A stretch of DNA of 32,000 nucleotides from Archaeoglobus fulgidus DSM 4304 (GTDB lineage Archaea; Halobacteriota; Archaeoglobi; Archaeoglobales; Archaeoglobaceae), in NCBI RefSeq assembly GCF_000008665.1, contig NC_000917.1, positions 210,001-242,000 of the forward strand. Direction: 5' to 3'. This document shows positions 1-7,994 of the stretch, piece by piece (position 1 is the first letter of the stretch; the number at the start of each line of letters is the position of its first letter). Both the position numbers and the translations under genes were made by a program. The notes beneath the pieces were generated by a model. That model made no database searches and was not told the DNA's origin. It worked only from the letters and a program-made list of their open reading frames with translations.

Positions 1-562
1 GCTGCCGGCGTTTCCGTGTCCCGGGTAAACCCCTGAGAAATTCAACCCTGAAATTTTTCTTACTGATTCGACATACTGGCTGTAGTCGGAGCAGAAGCTT
101 TTTGGAGAAAGCGATAGTCCTTTCCTGCCCCTCAGCAGGTCTCCGCAGTAAAGGTTTCTCTCATGAAGAATGCAGATAACTGCCGGGAGTGTGGCCGGGT
201 GTGTGGATGATGGTGGCGTTGATGTTCAGCTTCTCAATGCTTTTCAGATCTTCTGGAGGTTCAGCCCTGAATATTCTCTCCCCAACTCTCGCAAACAAGC
301 CGAGAAAGCCAGAATACATCATTCTCTTCTCTCCAAGGATAAAGGGGATGTCTTCGCTGTGTACATAGACAGGGCATCCGAACTCTCTCTGCAGAGCGCT
401 TGCAGCAGCGTAGTGGTCGAAGTGGGCGTGGGTGATGATTATGCCATCAATCTCCTTCAACTGCTTTGAAATTAGCCCTTCATCTGTCCCCGCATCAATC
501 AGGTATGTGGAATCTCCATCTTTTATGAGATAAACATTGCAGCCCTTTGACTTAAGCTTCAC
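1..562 (-). pseudogene. Metallo-beta-lactamase-fold hydrolase with interrupted reading frame (apparent 1-nt insertion near 176-181); 3' end runs off the window
   Basis: ORF 161-562 carries THAHFDH (HxHxDH zinc motif) and HTPGHTPGS, then stops 5 codons later. The adjacent minus-strand frame (174 down to 1, open to the window edge) reads CILHERNLYCGDLLRGRKG...VYPGHGNAG, the expected C-terminal half of an MBL-fold protein. Removing one T of the minus-strand TT (plus 178-179) restores GSICILHE. Confidence 0.7.
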
Positions 563-599
563 AAAAGAGTGTTATGTTTGAAGTTAAAAAATTTTACAG

Positions 600-1607
600 C
601 TAAAAAACTCTTATACTCTCGATAAACCTCAGCCTTTTCGGCAGTGGCGGGTGTGTTGAAAGGAACTCCTGAATGGGGCTGACTTTCATGTTCTTCAGCG
701 CTTCAATGTCAGCTCTCGTTATTGGCTCAGCCACCGCATTGGTGAAGGCGTAGATGAAGAGAGTTCTGAACTTGCTGTCCTGGATGGGGGCGAGGTAGTC
801 GGGGTAGCGGTGGTAGAAGAGGTGTATCTTCGCCAGACTCCTCTGCATTGCATCCTTGTTTGTCGCCCTAACTCCCTCGAAGTCCGCATAGTACTCTCTG
901 AGCCTGCTGAAGGCGAGAACGAGAATCTGGACTATAAATGAAACTATAACTGCTGCAATGCCAATTGCTGCGAGCTGCGCTCCCCTCCTGTCGTCCCTCA
1001 TTGAGGAGTGGAGCAAGGCGTAACCGAGGTAGAAGATTACTGAGGGCAGCAGGCCGAAGAGGAGCATCACGGCATTGTCCCTGTGCTTGTGGTGGCCGAT
1101 TTCATGACCAATGACTGCCTCAAGCTCCTCCTGGCTGAGCATCCTCATCAGCGACTCTGAAACCGCCACGAACTTTCCCGTCAAAAAGTTTCCGTAGGCG
1201 AAGGCGTTCGGGGGACTTCTCACAACCACCGCCTTTGGCGGCTTTACGTTCAGCCTCCTCGCAACGCTGTTCACAACCATCTGCAGCCTCTCGTCTCTCT
1301 GCGCTCCGTAGCTGAGGTTGATGATGTAGGGGGAAAGCAGGTACATCAGCAGGTTGATTATCAACAGGAAGATTATAAGCCCGTAGAAGCTGATGTAAAC
1401 TCCAGCGTAGGCCAGTATGAGGTAGATTATTGCTGCCGAAATGGCGAGAATCATTCCGGCGAGAAGTACCATTGAGGTGAAGAGCGAGAACTTCCCTGAA
1501 ACTCTGCTGGCCACCTTGGGGGCGATGGTGGAGGCTAAGAGCAGCATTACGAAGTAGCCCAGCACGGCCAGCATCATGTACACGGGGTCGAAGAAGTACA
1601 GCATCAT
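600..1607 (-). CDS. htpX: HtpX-like M48 zinc metalloprotease (membrane)
   Basis: HEIGHH zinc-binding motif with multiple N-terminal and central hydrophobic segments. A/T box CTATAAATA lies about 28 nt upstream of the ATG. Confidence 0.85.
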   Translation of the reverse strand: MMLYFFDPVYMMLAVLGYFVMLLLASTIAPKVASRVSGKFSLFTSMVLLAGMILAISAAIIYLILAYAGVYISFYGLIIFLLIINLLMYLLSPYIINLSYGAQRDERLQMVVNSVARRLNVKPPKAVVVRSPPNAFAYGNFLTGKFVAVSESLMRMLSQEELEAVIGHEIGHHKHRDNAVMLLFGLLPSVIFYLGYALLHSSMRDDRRGAQLAAIGIAAVIVSFIVQILVLAFSRLREYYADFEGVRATNKDAMQRSLAKIHLFYHRYPDYLAPIQDSKFRTLFIYAFTNAVAEPITRADIEALKNMKVSPIQEFLSTHPPLPKRLRFIESIRVF

Positions 1608-1728
1608 GTTGGTTTATAGGCTGCTGCGGTATTTATAGTTTAAAAGGTGTCCGCTAATTTCAAATCCCCAGTCTCCCATAAACAGCACAACCAAAAACAA
1701 TAAAAACAACTTCTCGAACATATGTTCG

Positions 1729-1872
1729 ATGAAGCTGCTTGAAGGAATTGTGGTTATTGCTGCCATGCTGGTTCCGTTTGTTGCGATAAGAAGCCATGAC
1801 ATGACCACTTACCTTTACTGGACTGCTGTAACTGCTGCATACCTTACATACTTGACGATTAAGAGGTGGTGA
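1729..1872 (+). CDS. Small (47 aa) two-TM membrane protein, possible accessory subunit of the downstream symporter (DUF3311-like by pattern only)
   Basis: Not in the ORF track (<60 aa). It starts at ATG 1729 and encodes MKLLEGIVVIAAMLVPFVAIRSHDMTTYLYWTAVTAAYLTYLTIKRW, ending at TGA 1870-1872. It has two hydrophobic helices, an AATAAAAA box about 25 nt upstream, and a stop that overlaps or abuts the symporter start codons. Confidence 0.4.
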   Translation: MKLLEGIVVIAAMLVPFVAIRSHDMTTYLYWTAVTAAYLTYLTIKRW

Positions 1873-3251
1873 AGTTGATCGAGTTTCTTTACGCCTTTAT
1901 AGGTTACATAATCATCGGAACTGCCATTGCAATAATGGCGATGAAGGGGCTGAGAACGCAGGAGGAGTACTACATAGCTGGCAGAAAAGTTAGCGGTGTC
2001 ATCTCAGCCCTGACCTACGCAGCCACAACTTACTCCGCCTTCATGATGGTAGGGCTCGTGGGGCTGAGCTACTTTTCAGGCGTGGGAGCTTTGGGATTCG
2101 AGCTTTTCTACCTTGTCGGCACTCTCTTCCTCCTCTCCTACTACGCTCCCAGAGTTTGGGAAATGGCAAAGGAGAGGGGCTACGTCACTCCGGGTGACAT
2201 GATTGCAGAGAGGTACGGCAGTGAAGTGGCTAAGCTGATGGCCGTAATCGTCTCAATTGCCCTAATCCCCTACATATCTGTCCAGCTAATAGGGGTGAGC
2301 CTCATACTCAGCAAGACCAATGCAATGAGCTTTGAAGCTGGCATTGTGGCTTCAGCAATTCTCATCGCTCTTTGGGCCTTCCTCGGTGGACTCAGGGGTG
2401 TGGCGTGGACAGACGCCCTTCAGGGAGTCTTCATGCTGCTGATGGCAATTGCAGCCATACTGTGGGTTCATCAGTATGGCTTCGCCGAAAAGGATTTCTT
2501 TACAGAAGTTTCAAGGCTTGGAGAGCTACTGGTTGTTCCAAACAGCATCTGGACGCCTGTGAAGTTCATATCCCTCACGCTTCCGTGGTTCTTCTTTGCC
2601 CTCACAAATCCTCAGGTATTCCAGAGACTTTACATCCCGAAGGACAGGTCAGCTTTAAGGAGAATGGTAATTCTCTTCGGCTTCTTCGGCCTCATCTACA
2701 CCGTAATAGTCACGCTCATTGGCCTTGAGCTGAGAACCATGACCGAAATGGGTGTTTTCCCCAAAGTCCCCGACAGGGATGCGGTAACGCCGACAATGCT
2801 TGCAATGATGCCCCCTCTGCTTGGAGCCGCAATTTCGCTGAGCATCTTTGCTGCAGCAATCACCACTGCAAACTCCATAGTCCTGACGCTCTCGTCGATG
2901 ATAACGAGGGATTTGCTTGGCAGTGAGAAGGTGGGGAGCGGGAGGGTATTGATAGTAATTCTGACAGTTGCCGTAGCTCTGTTCGCCTACTCAAGGCCCG
3001 GATACATCGTTGAGCTCAGTGTCTTAAGCTCAACAATACTCCTCTGCCAGCTTCCCCTGATACTGGGTGTTTTCCACCTTAACAGGGGAGGAAGGTTGGC
3101 GGGAATTGCAACGCTTTCAGCTGGATTCATAACCGCAGTTGTTCTGAGCTTCCAGAAGCTCTCGCCCCTCAGCATTCCAGCTTCGGTCTGGACCTTCATA
3201 ATCTCCTTTGCCGTGTTCCTCGCCCTATCATCCAGCGAAAAACAGCCCTAA
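1866..3251 (+). CDS. Sodium:solute symporter family (SSF) transporter
   Basis: 461 aa with about 12-13 hydrophobic segments and an SSF-like N-terminus (YYIAGRKVSG...). The start is ambiguous among GTG 1866, GTG 1869 and TTG 1875; GAGGTG at 1863-1868 favours TTG 1875. Confidence 0.8.
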   Translation: MVKLIEFLYAFIGYIIIGTAIAIMAMKGLRTQEEYYIAGRKVSGVISALTYAATTYSAFMMVGLVGLSYFSGVGALGFELFYLVGTLFLLSYYAPRVWEMAKERGYVTPGDMIAERYGSEVAKLMAVIVSIALIPYISVQLIGVSLILSKTNAMSFEAGIVASAILIALWAFLGGLRGVAWTDALQGVFMLLMAIAAILWVHQYGFAEKDFFTEVSRLGELLVVPNSIWTPVKFISLTLPWFFFALTNPQVFQRLYIPKDRSALRRMVILFGFFGLIYTVIVTLIGLELRTMTEMGVFPKVPDRDAVTPTMLAMMPPLLGAAISLSIFAAAITTANSIVLTLSSMITRDLLGSEKVGSGRVLIVILTVAVALFAYSRPGYIVELSVLSSTILLCQLPLILGVFHLNRGGRLAGIATLSAGFITAVVLSFQKLSPLSIPASVWTFIISFAVFLALSSSEKQP

Positions 3252-4225
3252 TCAGAAGAGGACTTCCAGACTTTGGGATACACTCCCCTCTCCATCATCA
3301 CTCTCTGAATGTCCGCAGCAATTCCTTTTTTAAGCCTGTAGATGTCTTCTGCATCCATTAAAGCTCTGCCAATTGCCACCAGCTCGTTTTTCAGCGTGAA
3401 GATCGCCACAGTGCTGTCCTTCTTAACATTCTTCTCCACGTAAGCCACTCCCCTCACTGAAAGATTCGCCCCATGGCAGATGGCATCAACAGCGGAATCT
3501 TTGATGACGATTTTGGGCAGCTCTGCAGCAGCAACCTCCATCGGCTTGATTATCTCCCTTAAATACTTCTCTTCTCCCTCCTCCTTCCAGAAAACGTAAG
3601 CATCAAGCAGGTCCTGCAGTGTGTAGCACATGTCCTCTCCAAATTTCCCCGTCCGAGTTCTTCTTAGCTCCTGCATGTGCGCCCCAGTGCCAAGCACCTC
3701 TCCGATGTCCCTGCAGAGCTTTCTGATGTATGTTCCAGATTCAGTAACAACTCTGAAAAGCACGTCCCTGCCCTCCATCTCCAGAAGCTCCATTTCGTAA
3801 ATCTCCCTGATTCTCAGCACTTTTTTAACCGCGGACTTAAGCGGGGGGCGCTGGTAGATTCTGCCGACGAAGAGCTTCATCACCTTCTCAACATCCTCCC
3901 TCTTCGCATCACCGTGAAGCCTCATGAGGCAGACGTACTCCTTGCTCGACTCCTGAAGGAACTTGACCATCTTTGTTGCATTTTCAATGAAAATTGGCAG
4001 AACGCCTGTAACTCTTGGGTCGAGAGTGCCTGCGTGGCCCGTTTTGCTGACATTGAGAATCCTCCTCACCCAAACAACCACCTCGTGGCTGCTTGGCCCC
4101 ATGGGCTTGTCGATGCACACTAACCCCTTCCTGATGTACTCCTCCATCGGCCTCTTGGTTGGGTAGCATCCGTAGCTCTCATCCGTGCTTGCGTCATCCT
4201 TGACGTAGAAGTTTTCCAGTTTCAC
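3248..4225 (-). CDS. cbf5: H/ACA RNP pseudouridine synthase Cbf5 (TruB family with PUA domain)
   Basis: Contains the GHAGTLDP catalytic-Asp motif, a KRPxxEY N-terminus typical of Cbf5, and a C-terminal PUA-like segment. The GTG start is preceded by AGGGAGGAT. Confidence 0.9.
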   Translation of the reverse strand: MKLENFYVKDDASTDESYGCYPTKRPMEEYIRKGLVCIDKPMGPSSHEVVVWVRRILNVSKTGHAGTLDPRVTGVLPIFIENATKMVKFLQESSKEYVCLMRLHGDAKREDVEKVMKLFVGRIYQRPPLKSAVKKVLRIREIYEMELLEMEGRDVLFRVVTESGTYIRKLCRDIGEVLGTGAHMQELRRTRTGKFGEDMCYTLQDLLDAYVFWKEEGEEKYLREIIKPMEVAAAELPKIVIKDSAVDAICHGANLSVRGVAYVEKNVKKDSTVAIFTLKNELVAIGRALMDAEDIYRLKKGIAADIQRVMMERGVYPKVWKSSSD

Positions 4226-4318
4226 ATCCTCCCTAATCCCTCGAACTTTTTAACTTTTTAGCCAGCTTTGAGGTGTCAGCATCGAAAACATTTTAAACGC
4301 TTTTTTTGTAAAGCCAGC

Positions 4319-4903
4319 GTGAAGTTCAAGTGTGTTCTCTACACCTGGGATGAGATACGAAAGCTGTGCAAAGAACTTGCAATGAAGGTCAGGGAAAGCG
4401 GCTACCAGCCTGATGCTGTTGTGGCCATTGCCCGAGGTGGATGGGTGCCTGCGAGAATTGTATGCGATTATTTGGATATCAGAGAGCTTTACAGCGTCAA
4501 AACTGAGCACTGGGATGTTGCAGAGAAAAGGGAGGAGGCTAAAATCACCCAGCCGCTGAATGTGGATGTAAGCGGGAAGAAAATTCTCATTGTAGATGAT
4601 GTTGCAGATACGGGTGACACCATCAGGGTCGTTGTTGACCACGTCAACCAGTACCGCCCTGCAGAAATCAGAGTGGCTGTTGTTGACTACAAAACCACTT
4701 CAAAGTTCGTCCCGGATTACTATGCTGCAAAAATGGAAGCGTGGAGATGGATAGTTTATCCTTGGAGCGTCAAGGAGGAGCTAAGGGATTTGATTGAAAA
4801 GGTTAATGCTAAAACAGTTGATGAGGCTGTCAGAGCGCTCAAGGAAGAGTTCGACCTTGAGGTTGATGAGGAGCTTGTGAGGGATGTCCTCACCGACTGC
4901 TGA
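4319..4903 (+). CDS. Purine (hypoxanthine/guanine/xanthine) phosphoribosyltransferase
   Basis: Carries the PRPP-binding motif ILIVDDVADTGDT. I prefer GTG 4319 over the track start (TTG 4268) because TTTTAAAC at 4291-4298 sits about 25 nt upstream and the conserved N-terminus begins at VKFKCVLYTWDEI. Confidence 0.85.
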   Translation: MKFKCVLYTWDEIRKLCKELAMKVRESGYQPDAVVAIARGGWVPARIVCDYLDIRELYSVKTEHWDVAEKREEAKITQPLNVDVSGKKILIVDDVADTGDTIRVVVDHVNQYRPAEIRVAVVDYKTTSKFVPDYYAAKMEAWRWIVYPWSVKEELRDLIEKVNAKTVDEAVRALKEEFDLEVDEELVRDVLTDC

Positions 4904-6554
4904 CGTCGAAAAGCTGAGAAGAATCATCGAGGTTGCAAGGGGGGACAGGAGAGCAGATTTTGTTGTAAAAAACGCTCAGATTGTTGATTTAGTTAACGAA
5001 GAAATTTTTGAGGGAGATATAGCAGTTGCTGAGGGTTTTATTGCCGGAATTGGGAGTTACTCTGGCGTTGAGGAGTGCGAAGCTTCCAATCTTGTAGCTG
5101 TTCCGGGTTTGATTGACGCGCACACCCACATCGAGATGTCCATGCTCACCGTTTCAGAATTTGCGAGGCTCGTTGTGCCGAGAGGTACAACGGGTGTTGT
5201 TGCAGACCCCCATGAAATTGCTAATGTCCTCGGAAAGGATGGAGTAATGCTGATGCTGGAGGAGGCAAGGAGCACACCGCTCCGCTTCTACTGCATGGTG
5301 CCCTCGTGCGTCCCCTCTTCCCCCCTCGAAACGTCGGGAGCGAGAATAGGTGTGGAGGAGATAAGGGAGTTGCTCGAAGAGGAGGAGGTTTTGGGGCTTG
5401 CAGAGATGATGAACTTTCCTGGGGTTGTAAGTGCTGACAGAGAGGTGCTTGAGAAGATCGTCCTCGCCGGAATCGTTGATGGACACGCTCCGGGTTTGAG
5501 GGGTAAGAAGCTAAACGCGTACATTGCTGCTGGAGCATCATCGGACCACGAAACGACGTCATTTGAGGAGGGAAAGGAGAAGCTCAGGCTTGGCATGTGG
5601 GTTATGATAAGGGAAGGCTCCGCAGCAAGAAACCTGGTGGCTCTGAAAGGGCTGACGGGAAACAGGCACACGATGCTTGTAACTGATGGCGACAGGAGCG
5701 TTAAGGACATAATCGAAGAGGGCTATCTCGACCACGTTTTCAGAAGGGCAATAGAGGAGGGCATTGATGAAATAAAGGCTCTGCAGATGCTGACTCTCAA
5801 CCCGGCGGAGTACTTCGGAATTAACGCTGGCCTGATAGCACCTTCGCGCCTTGCGGATATAGTTCTCCTCAAGAACCTCAGAAAGTTTGAGGTCAGGGAC
5901 GTGTTCGTCGGGGGGAGAAGGCCAGAGTTCAAGCGTTTCAACCATCCCGAATGGGCAAAGAAGACTGTAAAGGCGAGAAAGATAACTCCCGAGAGTATTC
6001 AGCTCAAGACGGGGAGGGTAAGGGTTATAGAGGTCTATGACGGGGAAATTGTTACCGGGGAGGCTATAGAAGAAGTTCAAGGCGTTGATGTGGAGAGGGA
6101 CATTTTGAAGGCCGTTGTGGTTGAAAGACACATCCGGAGTGGTAGGGTCGGAAAGGCTTACGTGAGGGGATTTGGCCTGAAAAGAGGGGCTATAGCCCAG
6201 AGCATCGCTCACGACGCTCACAACATCGTATGCGTGGGAGTGGATGACGGGAGCATCTGCGCGGCGGTGAACAGAGTCATTGAACTGCAGGGGGGAATAG
6301 TTGTTGCGGATGCAGAAGTCAGGGCTGAACTGCCTTTGCCGATAGCGGGAATCATGAGCGATGAGAGGGCAGAGAGGGTTTTGGAAAGGCTTTCAGAAAT
6401 TGAGGAGGAAGTCAGAAAGCTCGGTTGCAGGCTGAAGTCCCCAGTTATCACCCTATCCTTCATCGCCTTACCCGTTATACCCAAGCTGAAGCTCACGGAC
6501 CTGGGACTGGTGGATGTAGAGGCATTTAGGGTTGTTGACCTTCAAGCTGATTGA
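4884..6554 (+). CDS. ade: Adenine deaminase (amidohydrolase superfamily)
   Basis: 556 aa with the GLIDAHTHIEMS metal-binding motif; size and layout are typical of adenine deaminase. It overlaps the PRTase gene by 20 nt, suggesting an operon. Confidence 0.85.
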   Translation: MSSPTADVEKLRRIIEVARGDRRADFVVKNAQIVDLVNEEIFEGDIAVAEGFIAGIGSYSGVEECEASNLVAVPGLIDAHTHIEMSMLTVSEFARLVVPRGTTGVVADPHEIANVLGKDGVMLMLEEARSTPLRFYCMVPSCVPSSPLETSGARIGVEEIRELLEEEEVLGLAEMMNFPGVVSADREVLEKIVLAGIVDGHAPGLRGKKLNAYIAAGASSDHETTSFEEGKEKLRLGMWVMIREGSAARNLVALKGLTGNRHTMLVTDGDRSVKDIIEEGYLDHVFRRAIEEGIDEIKALQMLTLNPAEYFGINAGLIAPSRLADIVLLKNLRKFEVRDVFVGGRRPEFKRFNHPEWAKKTVKARKITPESIQLKTGRVRVIEVYDGEIVTGEAIEEVQGVDVERDILKAVVVERHIRSGRVGKAYVRGFGLKRGAIAQSIAHDAHNIVCVGVDDGSICAAVNRVIELQGGIVVADAEVRAELPLPIAGIMSDERAERVLERLSEIEEEVRKLGCRLKSPVITLSFIALPVIPKLKLTDLGLVDVEAFRVVDLQAD

Positions 6555-6945
6555 CGCAGTCGATCTCGGGAGAATACTTCTTGATGTCGATAACCGGAGA
6601 GCCGTCGAGAGCGTCAAGCCATCTGACCTTCAGTCTATTCCTCTCAACCTCAAGAATCTCCACAACGCAGAGTCCAATCGGATTCGGCCTGCTCGGAGAG
6701 CGGGTGGTGAAGACACCCCTCTCTTCGGTCTCTCCGGGTGGCACAACTCTCAGCTTATCTCTGCTGGCTTTATCCATCCAGTAAAGCACGATGATATGGC
6801 GTAAGTTCTCAATTTTGTGCAATCCATCAGCGTATTCATCAAAGATGGCTATCTCCGAAACCGCATCGGAGAACCTCCCCTGTCTTGGGGCATCGTTTTG
6901 AGTTTTGAATGGCGATTTAACAACTCCTATGGGTTTCAGAATCAT
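6526..6945 (-). CDS. TsaA/TrmO-like protein (UPF0066, YaeB family)
   Basis: Shows PIGVVKSPF...PRQG...RPNPIGL motifs characteristic of the TsaA/YaeB fold. Its 3' end overlaps the adenine deaminase gene by 29 nt. Confidence 0.85.
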   Translation of the reverse strand: MILKPIGVVKSPFKTQNDAPRQGRFSDAVSEIAIFDEYADGLHKIENLRHIIVLYWMDKASRDKLRVVPPGETEERGVFTTRSPSRPNPIGLCVVEILEVERNRLKVRWLDALDGSPVIDIKKYSPEIDCVNQLEGQQP

Positions 6946-6957
6946 ATTTTGACTCCC

Positions 6958-6981
6958 TCAAAAGCTTTTTATTCTTTTTGA
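6958..6981. promoter_or_regulatory. Shared bidirectional promoter core: A/T box flanked by inverted TCAAAA/TTTTGA
   Basis: The sequence is TCAAAAGCTTTTTATTCTTTTTGA. The A/T box centre (about 6970) lies about 25 nt from the minus-strand ATG (6945) and about 26 nt from the plus-strand ATG (6996). Confidence 0.45.
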
Positions 6982-6995
6982 ACAAAGACAGCACG

Positions 6996-7994
6996 ATGAA
7001 AGTCATAATAATGGCGGGCGGTTACGCAACGAGGCTCTGGCCGATAACCAAGAGCAAGGCGAAGCCCCTGCTGCCTGTAGGAACTAAGAGGATAGTTGAC
7101 CACGTTTACGAGAAGGTTCTGAAGTTCAACTCACCCATTCTACTATCCACAAACAAAAGGTTCGAGGAGGACTTCAGGAAGTGGGCTGAGGGTAAGGACG
7201 TTGAGGTGGTTGTTGAGGACACGATGAGGGAGGAGGAGAAGCTTGGAGCAGTAAAGGCTCTCGCACAGGTTGTTGAGGGCATTGACGACGACTTCCTTGT
7301 TGTTGCCGGAGACAACATTTTCTCCTTCGAGCTTAACCCTATTGTAGAGCTCTTCAGGAAGAAAAAATCGCCTGTTACCGCCCTCTACGACGTTGGGGAT
7401 TACGAGCTGGCAAAAAGGTACGGTGTGGCGGAGCTTGAGGGGGAAATTGTGAGAAGGTTTTATGAAAAGCCGGAAAAGCCAGCTTCAACCCTTGTTGGAA
7501 TAGCTATCTACACTTTTCCGAGGGAAATAGCCGACTTACTCGTTGAGTATGTTGGTGGGAATGAGAGGAGCGATAACCTTGGCGATTTCCTCAGCTACCT
7601 CTGCCAGAAAATGGATGTTTACGGCTGCATCTTCGACAACGGAAACTGGTACGATGTGGGAAATCCCGACTCCTACATCGAGGCCTTCAAGTTTTACACT
7701 GACAGCTTCGTTCACGAGTCGGTGGAGGTTGCCAAGGCTGCTAAAATCATCGAGCCGGTTGTGATTGAAAGGGATGTGGTCATAAAGGGCAGGTCGATTG
7801 TTGGGCCCTACGCCTACATCGGCGAGGGCTGCGAGATCGACTCATCAGATGTGAGTGAGAGCGTTGTGTTTTCCAAGACGGTTTTGAAGAGGGTGAGGCT
7901 CTGGAGGAGCATAATTGATGACGATTGCGAGATCAGGAACATCGAGCTGAGCGGCTCGATAATTGGCGGGCATGCGAAGATTCAGAGAGGATGA
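6996..7994 (+). CDS. Sugar-phosphate nucleotidyltransferase with C-terminal left-handed beta-helix (G1P thymidylyl/GlmU-like)
   Basis: N-terminal IMAGGYATRLWPITKSKAKPLLPV (GxGxRL NTP-transferase motif), a GDNIF motif, and C-terminal hexapeptide-like repeats. ATG 6996 is preferred to the track start TTG 6978. Confidence 0.8.
   Translation: MKVIIMAGGYATRLWPITKSKAKPLLPVGTKRIVDHVYEKVLKFNSPILLSTNKRFEEDFRKWAEGKDVEVVVEDTMREEEKLGAVKALAQVVEGIDDDFLVVAGDNIFSFELNPIVELFRKKKSPVTALYDVGDYELAKRYGVAELEGEIVRRFYEKPEKPASTLVGIAIYTFPREIADLLVEYVGGNERSDNLGDFLSYLCQKMDVYGCIFDNGNWYDVGNPDSYIEAFKFYTDSFVHESVEVAKAAKIIEPVVIERDVVIKGRSIVGPYAYIGEGCEIDSSDVSESVVFSKTVLKRVRLWRSIIDDDCEIRNIELSGSIIGGHAKIQRG

Noticed and set aside
1614-1808. 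A 64-aa minus-strand ORF between htpX and the symporter.
   Set aside because: It has no start context and would begin inside the symporter leader. The plus-strand 47-codon ORF has promoter spacing and translational coupling in its favour. Only one of the two is likely to be real.
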